Notes: a model not told the origin generated them from the sequence alone. 63,807 nucleotides of DNA, filler included, from Collodictyon triciliatum (GCA_043381765.1; 4 parts of 4 records of this genome joined end to end with filler, not necessarily neighbours in it), one strand, 5' to 3'. Shown: positions 1 to 12,300, numbered from the whole stretch's first letter. A program made the numbers and translations.

Positions 1-312
1 TTTTTTTTATTTAATCCTTCGATCAAGCCAGACCCCAAGAATAGTCTTCTGATCCCTAGCTAACCGGCGGACAACAAAGGTTAGGTGATCCAACAAAAAC
101 AAAAAGAAGAATATTTGTGAACCAGTTTCACATCAGCTCAGTTGCGTCCTCCCTAGTCTTTTCTTTCTCTCTATTTTTTTTTTATGTCTCTGCTTATAGC
201 CACTGATAGGATCGAAATTTGGTAGCGTATAGAGCTGACTCTTTTTGCAAAGACTCACAGAGAAGAGGAAAGGGGACCACCTTTGCCGCATTTGATCTGC
301 TCTGCTCTGCTC

Positions 313-3300
313 ATGTCTGATCACGGACAGCAACAACCGCAACAACCAGCGTCTGGTGCCCCCTCAGGAAGACCGGCTGGCCGAGGCAGTAAGCAACATC
401 GCCACGCTCTAGTTTTTTTTTTTCACACAAGAGTCTCTTCATCTCGCATTTCTTTTTTCAAGTAAGATAAATTCAATGACCCCAAAAAAGATTCAACCCG
501 GTATTTCATCATATTTGTCAATGAAGTTTGCTTTTATGCCGCATATATCAATATATTCCACTATATCTTTTTATCTTTTAATTATATGTATGCTATTTGT
601 TTAGTCTTCAATTTTGGGTCATTTGCTGCCTCCAATCCGCCCCCAGCATCTACATACCAGCATTCATCACCAGGATTTGGGAACTATACAGGTACTGATT
701 TGTCCCCTGCCGTATTAATTCCCAAAAATATGTGGTACACTACCGCATGATTTCAACTCCATATCGGTGTAATTTTTTTTTTTAATAAGATGCACTCGAT
801 GAAATCTGGACTCATTTCTTCAAATAATACTAATGACCTAGCTCCGCCACAAGCTCAACCCTATCATTATGGTTTTGTGAATGTAATCGCCTGATTCTCA
901 TGTCCCCTTTCTGTCCAATTTCATCATCCTACTTCCCCTTTGTGTCATACACCACATGAAGCCATGCATAATCATTCGCATAAGAAATGGACATTTTAAT
1001 TTGAGATTCCACGCAACCCCCTCTCAACATTATCCCTAAAAATTAATAAATTAAGACTTGTTTCTTAAATCACAGCAAGGGTCATATGGAGCCCTTCCTC
1101 ATTACCATTCGACACCCGTACCAGCACCTGTTCCTCAGCCAACTGTAACTACCCCGAAAAAAACGTTGGTGATCACAAACCCAAAAACTGGAGATCCTTT
1201 GGATTTACCTGCCATCACTGGCAACAAACAGCCAGATAGCCAAGTACGCCCACAAACAACCCCAGCAGTGGCAACCGTACCCAAGTCTGATGTGGCACCC
1301 TCTGCAAAACTTGTAATATCATCGCCCGAGCCAAAAGATGTGATTGCTCCAAATACAACCGCGTCAGTACAACCTCCAAGCAACATACTGAACATTGTTA
1401 GCCCCTCCGATGCCCAGGTCACAAAGACAAATATACCGCAGTCTCAGACTCCGACATCAGCACCATCAATTGCAGTGCCAACTGCAGGAACGAAGAAGCT
1501 TGATATCCTTCCTCCTCCCCAGGATGGGAAAGCACCGACAAGAAAGCTTGAAATTCTCCCCGCCCCCCAAGATAGTAAGGCATCACAATCTACGACAGGC
1601 AAACCAATTGCATCGGTAGCAACCGCATCAGCAGCACCAACAAATGCAACATCACCAACAGATGCAACATCACCAACAAACGCCACATCACCAACAAATA
1701 CCACAATACCAACAAACGCCACAGCACCAGCCGGGGTCAGCAAACCAGCTACAACACAGCCTGCAAATCCAACACCAACCACATCAAATTCAAAGATATC
1801 TCAAGTAGCCCAGACTGCCAAACCATCTCAAACACCTCAGCCATCTCAAGTATCTCAAGCACCCAAACCTACACAACCATCCCAAACAGCAAAAGTCGCA
1901 TTACCAGCAACACTACCGACCACTAAACAAGGGCCATCAGAGCCTTTAACCAGTCCCCGGAATGTTCTTCCCAAAATAAACGTTGCACCTAGCCATAATC
2001 CTCTTACCAGCCCAAGAACATCACAGCCAGGACCAGAGAAGCAAGGAAAAGGTACTGTACACCCACAAATGACTACCCATCACTTAATTGGAGGGCCCCA
2101 TAGTGATTTCATTTTTATCTCTGAAAATAGACTTATTTATTTCCTACACTGACACCCTATTGAACTTTGTAGAGACAACAGTTGAATCTCAGAAGCAACA
2201 AAATGGAAAACCTAACCCTTCAAAGCCTGAATCATCAACTGCTTCAATTGTGAAAGCAGAAGCTGTTAAGACTGGAACAAAGGTAGCTTCGACTAAGCCA
2301 GAAGCCAAGTCCGAAGCCAAGTCCGAGGCCAAGCCAAACGTCAAGCCAAACGTCAAGCCGGAAGCCAAGTCCGAAGCCAAGCCTGAAGCCAAGCCTGAAG
2401 CCAAGCCTGAAGCCAAACCTGAAGCCAAACCTGAAGCCAAACCTGAAGCCAAGCCTGAAGCCAAGCCGGAAGCCAAGCCGGAAGCCAAGCCTGAAGCCAA
2501 GCCTGAAGCCAAGCCTGAAGCCAAGCCTGAAGCCAAGCCTGAAGCCAAACCTGAAGCCAAACCTGAAGCCAAACCTGAAGCCAAACCTGAAGCCAAACCT
2601 GAAGCCAAACCTGAAGCCAAGCCTGAAGCCAAACCTGAAGCCAAACCTGAAGCCAAACCTGAAGCCAAACCTGAAGCCAAACCTGAAGCCAAACCTGAAG
2701 CCAAACCTGAAGCCAAACCTGAAGCCAAGCCTGAAGCCAAACCTGAAGCCAAACCTGAAGCCAAACCTGAAGCCAAACCTGAAGCCAAACCTGAAGCCAA
2801 ACCTGAAGCCAAGCCTGAAGCCAAGCCTGAAGCCAAACCTGAAGCCAAGCCGGAAGCCAAGCCTGAAGCCAAACCTGAAGCCAAGCCGGAAGCCAAGCCG
2901 GAAGTTAAGCCCGAGGTCAAGTCTGAGGAGGTACCTGTTGACCTTGTGTAAGTTGCCTAAATATAGTCTCCATTGTGAAAATTGTAGTTATCCTAAAGTA
3001 TGTACCAACAGTAAACAATCACCGCTGCCAACTTCAGCCGATGCTAGTGAAACCCAAACAAGTGCTCCTTATACATACAAATAATACCATATAATAGTTT
3101 CAAATTTACTTGTATTCCCGATGAAATTCAATCATGATTTCAAGCATATACCCAATAACATTCTATTCTTTATTATTCACTTTGACACAATTGCCACGAA
3201 AACGACAGAGGTTCCATTTATCTCATTATTCACCACATGATTGACACTTTTACCTTGTATATCAATCGTTCCAATATCGAACCACTTATACTTACCCTTT

Positions 3301-6300
3301 GTTGGATTTAATTACCGTTATATTAAAGGTTATCCGCTACAAATTCGACTTCTTGCTAGGCCTGCGCAATTCAGTGAGTTATTCAATCATCTGCGTCAAA
3401 TTCTCAAAATGACGGGTTGTTCCAGGAACAATCGAAACTGTCTTGAGCCATTGTTCCTATATAAATATGATTATTACACATCTTTATGTACCACAGTGCT
3501 CAACAAAGTAAAATTTTAGAACCGAGGAAGATGCCGCATCATTGAGGAGGCAGTCCAGCGCGCAAATATCGTAATTTTCCTCTTTATTCGATTCAAACAC
3601 ACAAATATAATTAATTAAAACCAAGGTTGCATGAGCCCAATATTCCTATGATCGGAATGTACGCTTCATATTCGTTGTACCAATGAACAAGTCATAACCA
3701 ACTTGATTCGATTCACGATTTTATTCAAAGCTTAGAATTACGAATCGATGATATGATAAACCACGGACAAATATATTATTTTGTATTATCCCTTTACCAA
3801 AACATCAAATACCTCGGGTGGTATTAGGCTCTTAATGGTGGAGCTTCTCCCTTTGAGAAGACGCCTCGTGGTAGCTCCTATACTAGCATCCAGAGTCCCA
3901 AGGCATCGTATATGAGTCTTCAGGGTGTAAGTCATGAGCACATTATGATTTCATTTGGGGCAATATTTCTACCTGTATTTGTTCTTATTGGTATTTTAGA
4001 TAGGCACCATCTATCCCTGCCTTTTCCCCTGAATCATACATTTAGCGCCTAATCTAATTTTTCTCCCACGTTTTTTCGATACATATAGCTTTTTTTTCTT
4101 TAATCACAACACTATAAGCAATTGAAATACACCTAATCTAATTAACAATCATTTATGCGAATGAAATGGTGATGATTTGTCTTAACCTTTGTTTCACTTT
4201 CTCAGAAAAGCTCTGGATTCGATCCGCAGGGACGGAATCAAGGACGAGGGTCTGGACAAGGACAGTCTCGAGGCCAAGACAGAGGGTTTGAAAGAGGCCA
4301 AGACAGAGGGTTTGACAGAGGCCAGGAGAAAGGATACAGAATGCCAAGTGGTTACCCCAGCACACCTTCACCCCAACCTCAAACAGAACAATCATGGCTA
4401 CCACCTGTGCAATTGAAGAAAGGAAATATGGATGAAGCATCCAAACTATACGCTGAAGCCAGAAGGTGGGTGTGGTCGATCGTTCATGTATTTCAGCGGG
4501 CACTTTTTTTTTAAAAAATATCTTGCAGATATTAGACTCTTTTAATTCTTCTCCTCTCCCTTCCATTCTATACCATACCCACTCATAGATATCACTCGGA
4601 ATGAGATTATCATTTTTTTTTCATATAGAGCGAATCATTTAAAAAGGAAGAAAAATAGGACATACGAACCATGTTTCAATAAAAAAAAAACGAATTTTTA
4701 CAAAGATGATCTCATGAATTTATTATATAATCATAGTATTCTTAATAAGCTCGTCCCACAAAAGTATACCGAGCTCTGCAAAAAGTTTTCAGAGTTGAAA
4801 GTCAAAGACCCACAGCAGCTTTCAGGAATCATCGATATTCTTTTTGAAATGGTATGGGTTTATTAGTTTTACTTGCTAATGCTCTTACTTTTCTATTTAT
4901 CTCTAAACTTTCTAAAACGTTAAAACTTCATTAATTATAATGTCATTTCAAACAGTACTTTGTTTGATATTCATTCAATTATGGACTGCAATTACCATAG
5001 GCTCTTCAACAGCAACTATTTTGCAACATGTATGCAAACTTCTGCATAAGTTTGAGTAAAAATCTTCCAAAGTTCGAGGGAGCACAAGCTGACTTGGTGA
5101 ATATTTAAATGAAGCTTTTTTTTTTTGAAGCGACTCATAACATATTGCTGCTTGGTATGACGAAATGCTCCGAAAACATTCAATGCCTTCACCACATAAG
5201 AAAGCGCAGGGAGTCTCATATAAAAGCTAACTAGACTTTCATTATGATTATAGACTTTCCGTAAGATTTTAATCACGTCATGCCAAAGAGAATTTGAAAA
5301 AGAAGCGCAACCCCCGCCTGAGGGACTCAATGCCCAAGAAAAATATGAATATGATGTAAAGCGCCGTAAGAGGCAAATAGGAAGTAAGTCTCGAATAAGA
5401 GTAACTCAATGAAATCACACAACTTTTATCTCGCAGCCCACGCCAATATTGATCAAACAAAGAGAACTATTGCTCCATTTCTATACGTAAAATTGGATGT
5501 CCTCTGGCATATAACCTTATTATCTGTGTATATGGCGTATAGATATTCGATTCATAGCGGAGCTCTTCCTTATCAGAATGCTTCCAGATGTCATTATTAC
5601 GGCATGCATTAAAGAATTGACAAGTCAGTGCCGACCGTACTCAGCTGATACACAGGATAAAGTTCCATCACAAGACATGAAGTACGACCACGAAGCGGTT
5701 GAGTGTCTGTGCAATCTTCTCACTGCCGTCGGGAAGCAATACTGCGATGTTGGGAATACGGCAGTTGAGATCAAACAGGAGCTGATCGAGGACACGTTTT
5801 CATTCCTTCGCGTAGTTCGAACAACACCAACCACAGAATCACGTATTCGCTTCATGATTCAGGCAAGTTTGATGGAGTTATATTAATTGGCCTATTGAAG
5901 CAGAAATAATAAGTCAATATATCATTCCAAGATAGCACAAAGATATCCACCACTCCCCCGAGAAAAAAAAACCCCTGTGTCTAATGTCCTGAATACCTCT
6001 ACATATTAAATATTCGATTTGTAGATCTTCCTTATTTTCTTTTTGAAAAAATTGACCGAATAAACAAGGTTGGATGTGACTTAATAGGATATCTTTATTA
6101 TGTAGGATACTGAAGAGACTAAAGGAAACAGCTGGGTAGGCCGTCGCATCCAAAACAAACCCAAAACCATCGACGAAGTCAGACAAGAGGTTCTTATTCA
6201 TCCCACCACCACTTGGAGAAGCAGCAAATATAGCTATATAATAGCGCATCATAAACGCATGTTTATACCATAGAAAAAAACAGATTGTCTAATATACCTT

Positions 6301-7894
6301 TTGTGCATCCTCTTGATTTTGTTGCAATACTATCTCAATATATTTTACCATATGTCGATAGGCTTTGGAAGAGGAACGTGCCATTGCAGAGAGTCACAGA
6401 GGTAATTGAATCGATCACCCGAATGCTGTTGAAACTGTATGTTACATTATCCTAGTTCTTTTCTAACTGGCAAAGAATTAATCGTCCTTTTTCTTTTGTT
6501 CATTCACTTAGGTTCGAAGCCCAGAATAGAAGTTTGTCGGATTCATTGTTTCGCCATCCAACCCTACCCAACTGCATTTTATTTTTGTGATTGCGTCATA
6601 TTTTAAGCATAGTATATTATTAGGTAAAAATCGTCTCAAATCCTGTGCCATTCACGAGAAGGTCAGCAAAGAATGCATTATATTTCGTACCGTCCTGTTG
6701 CCTACCTCATTTCCCCACACATTTCATTTTGCGAGCGCTATACTTGAACAATTGATCGAATGAACGCATCGGCACCAACCTCACGATTTTGGCTGGATAC
6801 CTTCGCAGTTCAACAAACGGCTCGGTCACTCCGACTGCCAATCCTGTCGTCACAAGCCCGACTGCTGCAACCGAAAGTATCTCAGTGCCACAACCAGAAA
6901 AGTCTAAACTTGTGAATCGCTTCCGCACGAACGTAGATGAGTTCCTGTCTGTAACCAGCGAAGAAGTATTTATCGAATCAATCAAAGGTATTTCTTTACT
7001 ACCGTTTTATGTCTCGTCTGGTTATTCCAGTCCAACATACCATTTAATCCGATCGTTTGTCGGTGACTGATGCTTCTCTGATTCTCGTTATTGCAAACTA
7101 TACTTTTTCTTTTCTCTATCACACACCCACACCCACACACCGTCTATTGTCTCAACACCTTTCTTTACCTTATAGATATTGTCACAAATCAATACAACAC
7201 ATGGTTCTTCCTCAAGTATTTCGAGCAAATCGGTTTGAAGAGAGACACACAAAGAGCCAGCTTGAAGAAGACGTTGCTGAAGTTGATTCAAGAGAAGGCA
7301 TTCAAAACTGAATTCTTTGATGAAGGGTGTGCAATTATATACACCCACATCATAACCACACTTTTTTTTTTTAAAAAAAAAGGAGCAAAAAAAGGAAACA
7401 AAACAAAACAAAACAAAAAATGCTGTGTTTTTTTTTTTTTTAAGTCTTTGCCAGTAGAACTTCTCAAATAAGTTTGGTGTACATTCCTATGAGGGCTTTA
7501 TAAATACAAGTTTATATTTTTCATTTACCTATTTCCTCTTTCCTCTTTCTTGTGTTGTCCAGAATGACTGAGCTATTCTCCAACATCGAAGAGCTCTTCA
7601 CTGACATTCCGCTCATCGGCGACATCCTCAGTGAATTTCTTGTGACGCTCACAGTAGACGGTTTTATCACAGTAGAAAAAATCCTCGGCCCTGCTGGTTA
7701 CATCCTGCGCGCCGACAAATCCAACCTCGCATCCTACGAATTAATCAAAGTTATTTGTCTCTTCACCACAAAGCTTCGGGGCTCACCGGTAAAGAAAAAT
7801 TATCTTACACTGCACTTAATCATAATGAACCTGTTGCACACATTCTGAGCATAAAAATTGGCGACAACAACAATATCATCACCATCACCATCAC

Positions 7895-7935
<41 letters not shown>

Positions 7936-7948
7936 CCACCACTATCAC

Positions 7949-7991
<43 letters not shown>

Positions 7992-8302
7992 GACAATCAT
8001 CATGTAATCGCGCCTAGGCCTCACCAACGCTGAAGTCAGAACTCGACTCTTTCAAATTCCAAGCGGCTGACCTCCTTCCATCGGGCGATGACTACACCAC
8101 GGAAGAAGGAAAGAAATACGTCACTTCACAGGTTTACACGTCTTCGAGGCTCAATGTTTTAGTCTATCTACCAAAAGAAAAAAATATTTACAACTCTTGG
8201 AAAGCATAGACTCTATGCTGACTTTACGCACATGTGTTGCTCCTCTTTAATCACCCACCCAATCTGCAATAGAACATGGGCGATATAATCACGTTTGGAT
8301 AA
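313..8302 (+). CDS. EIF4G: Eukaryotic translation initiation factor 4G (multi-exon): Pro/Thr-rich N-terminus, (KPEA)n repeat, eIF4E-binding motif, RG-rich segment, MIF4G and MA3 domains
   Basis: Spliced exons give the MIF4G sequence ILNKLVPQKYTEL...GIIDILFEM|ALQQQLFCNMYANFC...|TFRKILITSCQREFE...KRQIG|NIRFIAELFLIRML...ECLCNLLTAVGK...RIRFMIQ|DTEETKGNSWVGRR...PKTIDEV. Exon 3329-3373 reads VIRYKFDFLLGLRNS, a YxxxxLphi motif. MA3-like sequence follows (ELFSNIEELFTDIPLIGDILSEFL). ATG at 313; last exon 8273-8302 ends in TAA. Some small N-terminal exon boundaries are uncertain. Confidence 0.92.
2293..2922 (+). repeat. Coding 12-bp tandem repeat (AARCCTGAAGCC)n encoding (KPEA)n, about 50 units, inside an eIF4G exon
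   Basis: Directly visible. Variation is mostly at synonymous third positions (AAG/AAA, CCT/CCG), consistent with translation in the + frame. Confidence 0.95.
3338..3358 (+). other. eIF4E-binding motif YKFDFLL (YxxxxLphi) of eIF4G
   Basis: TAC AAA TTC GAC TTC TTG CTA lies in a 45-nt exon flanked by aag| and |gtgagt, upstream of the MIF4G domain as in known eIF4Gs. Confidence 0.85.
7874..7991. repeat. Intronic (CAT/CAC)n microsatellite, one of many intronic SSRs: (GAT)n 9318, (ACAAAAA)n 10336, (TTTGA)n 13223, (AAT)n 36884 and 57967, (TACA)n 39641 and 52528, (AATAG)n 41024, (TTCTTTT)n 60210
   Basis: Directly visible. Most lie between GT and AG splice sites, and they explain the many homopolymer ORFs in the ORF track. 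Confidence 0.9.
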
Positions 8303-8819
8303 ATGATGAGTGCTTCGCCGAAGAACATCCACCCACAGGCAACGCGTGTAAACCGCACCCCACCCTTTTGATACAGAGTTTGGAAACATCAGCGAGAAGA
8401 GAAAGAAAGAAACAAAACAAAACAAAAACAAAAACAAGAAAAAAAAACTTACACTTCCTTCTCATAATTACACGATACACATCCCCGGTTTATTTCATCC
8501 CTCCATCCAACAAAACATAAAGCTTGAATTGAAAAAAAAAAAAAAAACATATACGGACATCAATCCCATCACCACCCATCATTTTTGCCTCCTGCTCTGA
8601 CGAATAAATAACCCACAAGATCCGACCGTAAGAAAAGAAAAGAAAAGGAAGAAAAAGGCAACAAAACAAGACAACAGATAAACCTCGTAGTACAAATCAG
8701 ACACGGACCCAGGGCGAGAGCAGAGGGAGGGCACGCATGGCGTTCTTTAATCCAGTCGTACAAACACGGTACGGTACGATACGATACGATACACAACCCG
8801 CACGCGGGCGCTAGCTGAG

Positions 8820-9318
8820 CTAATACGGCGTGACCGTGGCTCCGGTCGGGACGGGGCCGAGAGGCTGGGCCACAGGGCGCTTGCCCATCAGGATGTACGT
8901 CTGCATGGGGCCTTTGCCCTTGACCTGAATCTCCCCGCGGTTGCCAATCACATACTCGGCCTGCAGCTGCTTGGAGACGGTCTGCGTGATTTGGATGCAC
9001 CCGGGAATCCCGTGCGACTCCATGTGCGCCGCCGTGTTCACCGTGTCTCCAAACAGATGGTATCGCGGCATCTTTGTCCCAATCACGCCGGCCCCGACAG
9101 GCCCCGTGTGCACGCCGATGCGCACGTTGAACGCCTCCCCGACTTTGCGCGAGACTGCCTTGACGGCCTCCAGCATGTCCAGGGCCAGGTCTGCAATCCG
9201 GGTCATGTGGTTCGCCTGGGCCACCGGGGCGCCGCCGACAACCTGATAGGCGCTTAGTTGTGTCTTTTTCCTTTTCATTTTTTTCTTTCTCAGATTTCTT
9301 TTTGGTGGTGTTTGTATC

Positions 9319-9363
<45 letters not shown>

Positions 9364-12300
9364 GCAAACATACCATATATGCGTCTCCAATCGCTTCGAC
9401 TTTGTAGACCCCGTGCTTGTCGATGAGATCGTCAAAGACAGAATACAGCTGGTTCATAATTTCTACCTGGATGATGGGTCGACTGTCTTAGTTTATGGGG
9501 CGCAGCTGTCTATGCACGTCTTTGCCTATCTCTGTTTTTCTTTTCTTTTCTTCTTCATCTCTTCTTTTTTGTTTCTTAAAGAAAAGGCAATGACTGTGGG
9601 TGGAGATTGCTGCAGGATTACCAGTCGTGTGGGAGACATGGACGAAGCGAGGGACGTGAATCCGACAATATCGGAGAACAAAACAGTCGCTTGGTCTATT
9701 TCGTGCGCAGAGAATTTCTTCCCTGACTTCAAATCATCCGCCACGGACTTTGGCAACATCGTCATAAGCAGCTATGGGTGTTTACATGATTTTTGTTTGC
9801 GCGTGATATCATTGCATTGTGCTGGGTTTTATCTTGGTATGAGAAGCAAAATAAATACCTGTTCAGACTTTTGCTTCTCACTTTGAAGTAGCTGTCGTTC
9901 CTTTTGTAGTTGTTGGAGTGCTTCTTCGGCGAGATTTTTCGCGGCAGTGAGCGAATCCTCAATCTTCACTCTGCCAAATAATGCTGTGGCAATGTGGTGT
10001 GGTTAGCATTCACAAATTCACTCAAACTTCTTAATATATATGATGGATTGGTTAAGTACGGAAAACTATATACACATATCGTAATCACGAGCGAGGCAAA
10101 TACAAACGAACTTGGTATTTGTAGAATCTCTATCGACTTTGATGGGGAAAAATGGTTTGAAGTATGGTATTTTCTGATATGCTCTTCAATCATATTTGAA
10201 TGACCAATCAAGAACTTGCAAGTTTCGTCCCCTAATGCGCAGCAGGACATTTCCACAGCAATCAACTCTGTGCCAAAACACCCTTGGCACCACCCAGCCA
10301 AGTACCTGTTCATATAAGGTAAAAGATACATGACCAAAAAACAAAAAACAAAAAACAAAAAACAAAAAACAAAAAACAAAAAACAAAAAACAAAAAACAA
10401 AAAACAAAAAACAAAAAACAAAAAACAAAAAACAAAAGACGCATGTGCTTTAAACAGAAAGAACTCAGCCATATACAATTTCATAAAAATCCATACACCA
10501 AATATAAACACAAGAAATTAATTAAACTACACCAACATGAAAATAATGAAAATGATAAAAATAAAATGTACCCCGAAAGGAGGTAACACACGGGAAACTC
10601 TGCACCACCACGCTTTATGTGGGCGAGCGATTCGAAAGATTGTTGAGCCTCGATAATCATGTATGAGTTGTGCAGGTTCATCTGGTCATGAATGGCAGGT
10701 GGTTGACACACAGCCCACCCACTCTGCGCAAGCAGTGCAAAAGCAATCCTCAGTTGCTGTTCCCTGATGTGAGACACTCGACCTTCAACTACGGATACAA
10801 TTTATTTATGCATTAAGGACCGTAAGTAAAGTAAACACAACAACATGCTCGTATGTTCTCTAACTTAAGGCACTTAAAATATGAATGTAATCGAGCGCTT
10901 TAAGTAAATGATGTCAATATACGGCGAGCATCACATTGGATTTGCATATTGTGAAAGAAAGAGAATAAGACGAAAATGAAAATCATTTGTATGATACAAA
11001 ATAAAGCTAAATAAGGCAGCGATGAACCTCGAATGCTTTTGCTAAAATGATTAAAATCAAAGAGTCCGATGCAGTGTCCCAAATCAAATGTGGCATCAAG
11101 ATTTAATCGTCTAGCTTCTGTCTTCCTTCCGAACCCATATAAGTTCTCCAACAGCCGCGCAAACTCAACAGATAGGGCACTATCAAAAGTAGATTAGATA
11201 ACTGTATCACTATCCCAAAATAAAAAATAAAAAGAATAACCATAAATCAATGGAGATATGAAAAGTGAAACAAATTCATACAAACCTGGCCCGAACTAAA
11301 ATAAAGCGTTCGTTGGATAGCTCAATAGACCCTTTTATTCCATCTTGAGTCAAATCGTTGAAATACATCACTTGGTAGTCAAAGATGGTCATATTCTGTG
11401 CCGACGAAATAGCGATTGAGGGAGAATGCATATTGGAGGAGGACGAGTGCGATGTTGAAATAGTGGGTAAGCCGGGGAAGTTCATAGCTACGGGAGTGAC
11501 CGGCGCTTTTCTCTGATTGAAATCCACCACAGAGCCTCGGTGTCTCGAGTCAGACGAGCCTCGTAAAGAGCTCCTTTTTTGCTGTTCATAGAACTTGAGC
11601 TGCTCTTGTGCCATGCGTAACTCGGAAGAAGCCTTTTCAAGATCTTTCTTATATACAAACAGCTGTTCCTCAAGAACATGCTTTTCAGACACGAGTTCGT
11701 CGATTTGGTCCATCAGTACTGCATTTCTAGTTGTTTTTTTTTTTTTTAAAAAAAAAGGGAGAAATATTTATGAAAATAGAAAATCATTAGCCAAGAAAAT
11801 GTGTTTTTTTTTATTTTTTCAGAAAATATAAGTAAATAGGTAAGTATATAAATAGAGTAAACACACGCAGTAATGTTGAAATGTAGATACCTTTTAGTCA
11901 AATAATCATTCAGCATGACAATCTCTTCGATTGCAGGGTCCATATTCAGTGGATTAAAGCGATGGTGCGAGGTGGGTGAAATCGAGGGCAGAGCAGGTGA
12001 CTGAGAATGCGAATGATTATGAGTATTTGCCAAATGATTCTTTGACGCATGAGAGGCATTCAACCCAACCGCATGAGCAGAAACATGGGGGATAGAACCA
12101 TGAGACAACGGGAGCGGGGGGAATATCACATTCTGAGCCTTCTCCTGCGCTGCAGATGATGTGTTTGGCAGATGAGGCAAGACGGCCTGGACATACGAAG
12201 TAGACGAGGAGGCTGGCGCTGGATTAACCAACACAGGAGAATGATGGGCCACAGTGTGATGCACTTGTGGTGGCGGATTATGTTGCGAGGCACTGAGGGA

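Noticed and set aside
2189-2920. Minus-strand (SGLA)n ORF, or a CRISPR-like array
   Set aside because: It is the antisense shadow of the KPEA repeat; the 12-bp units are contiguous with no spacers, and the context is eukaryotic.
10110-11350. Canonical H-NOX soluble guanylate cyclase
   Set aside because: No YxSxR heme motif and no H-NOBA/PAS domain; the motifs are XylR_N/V4R-type with a Cys/Glu zinc pattern.
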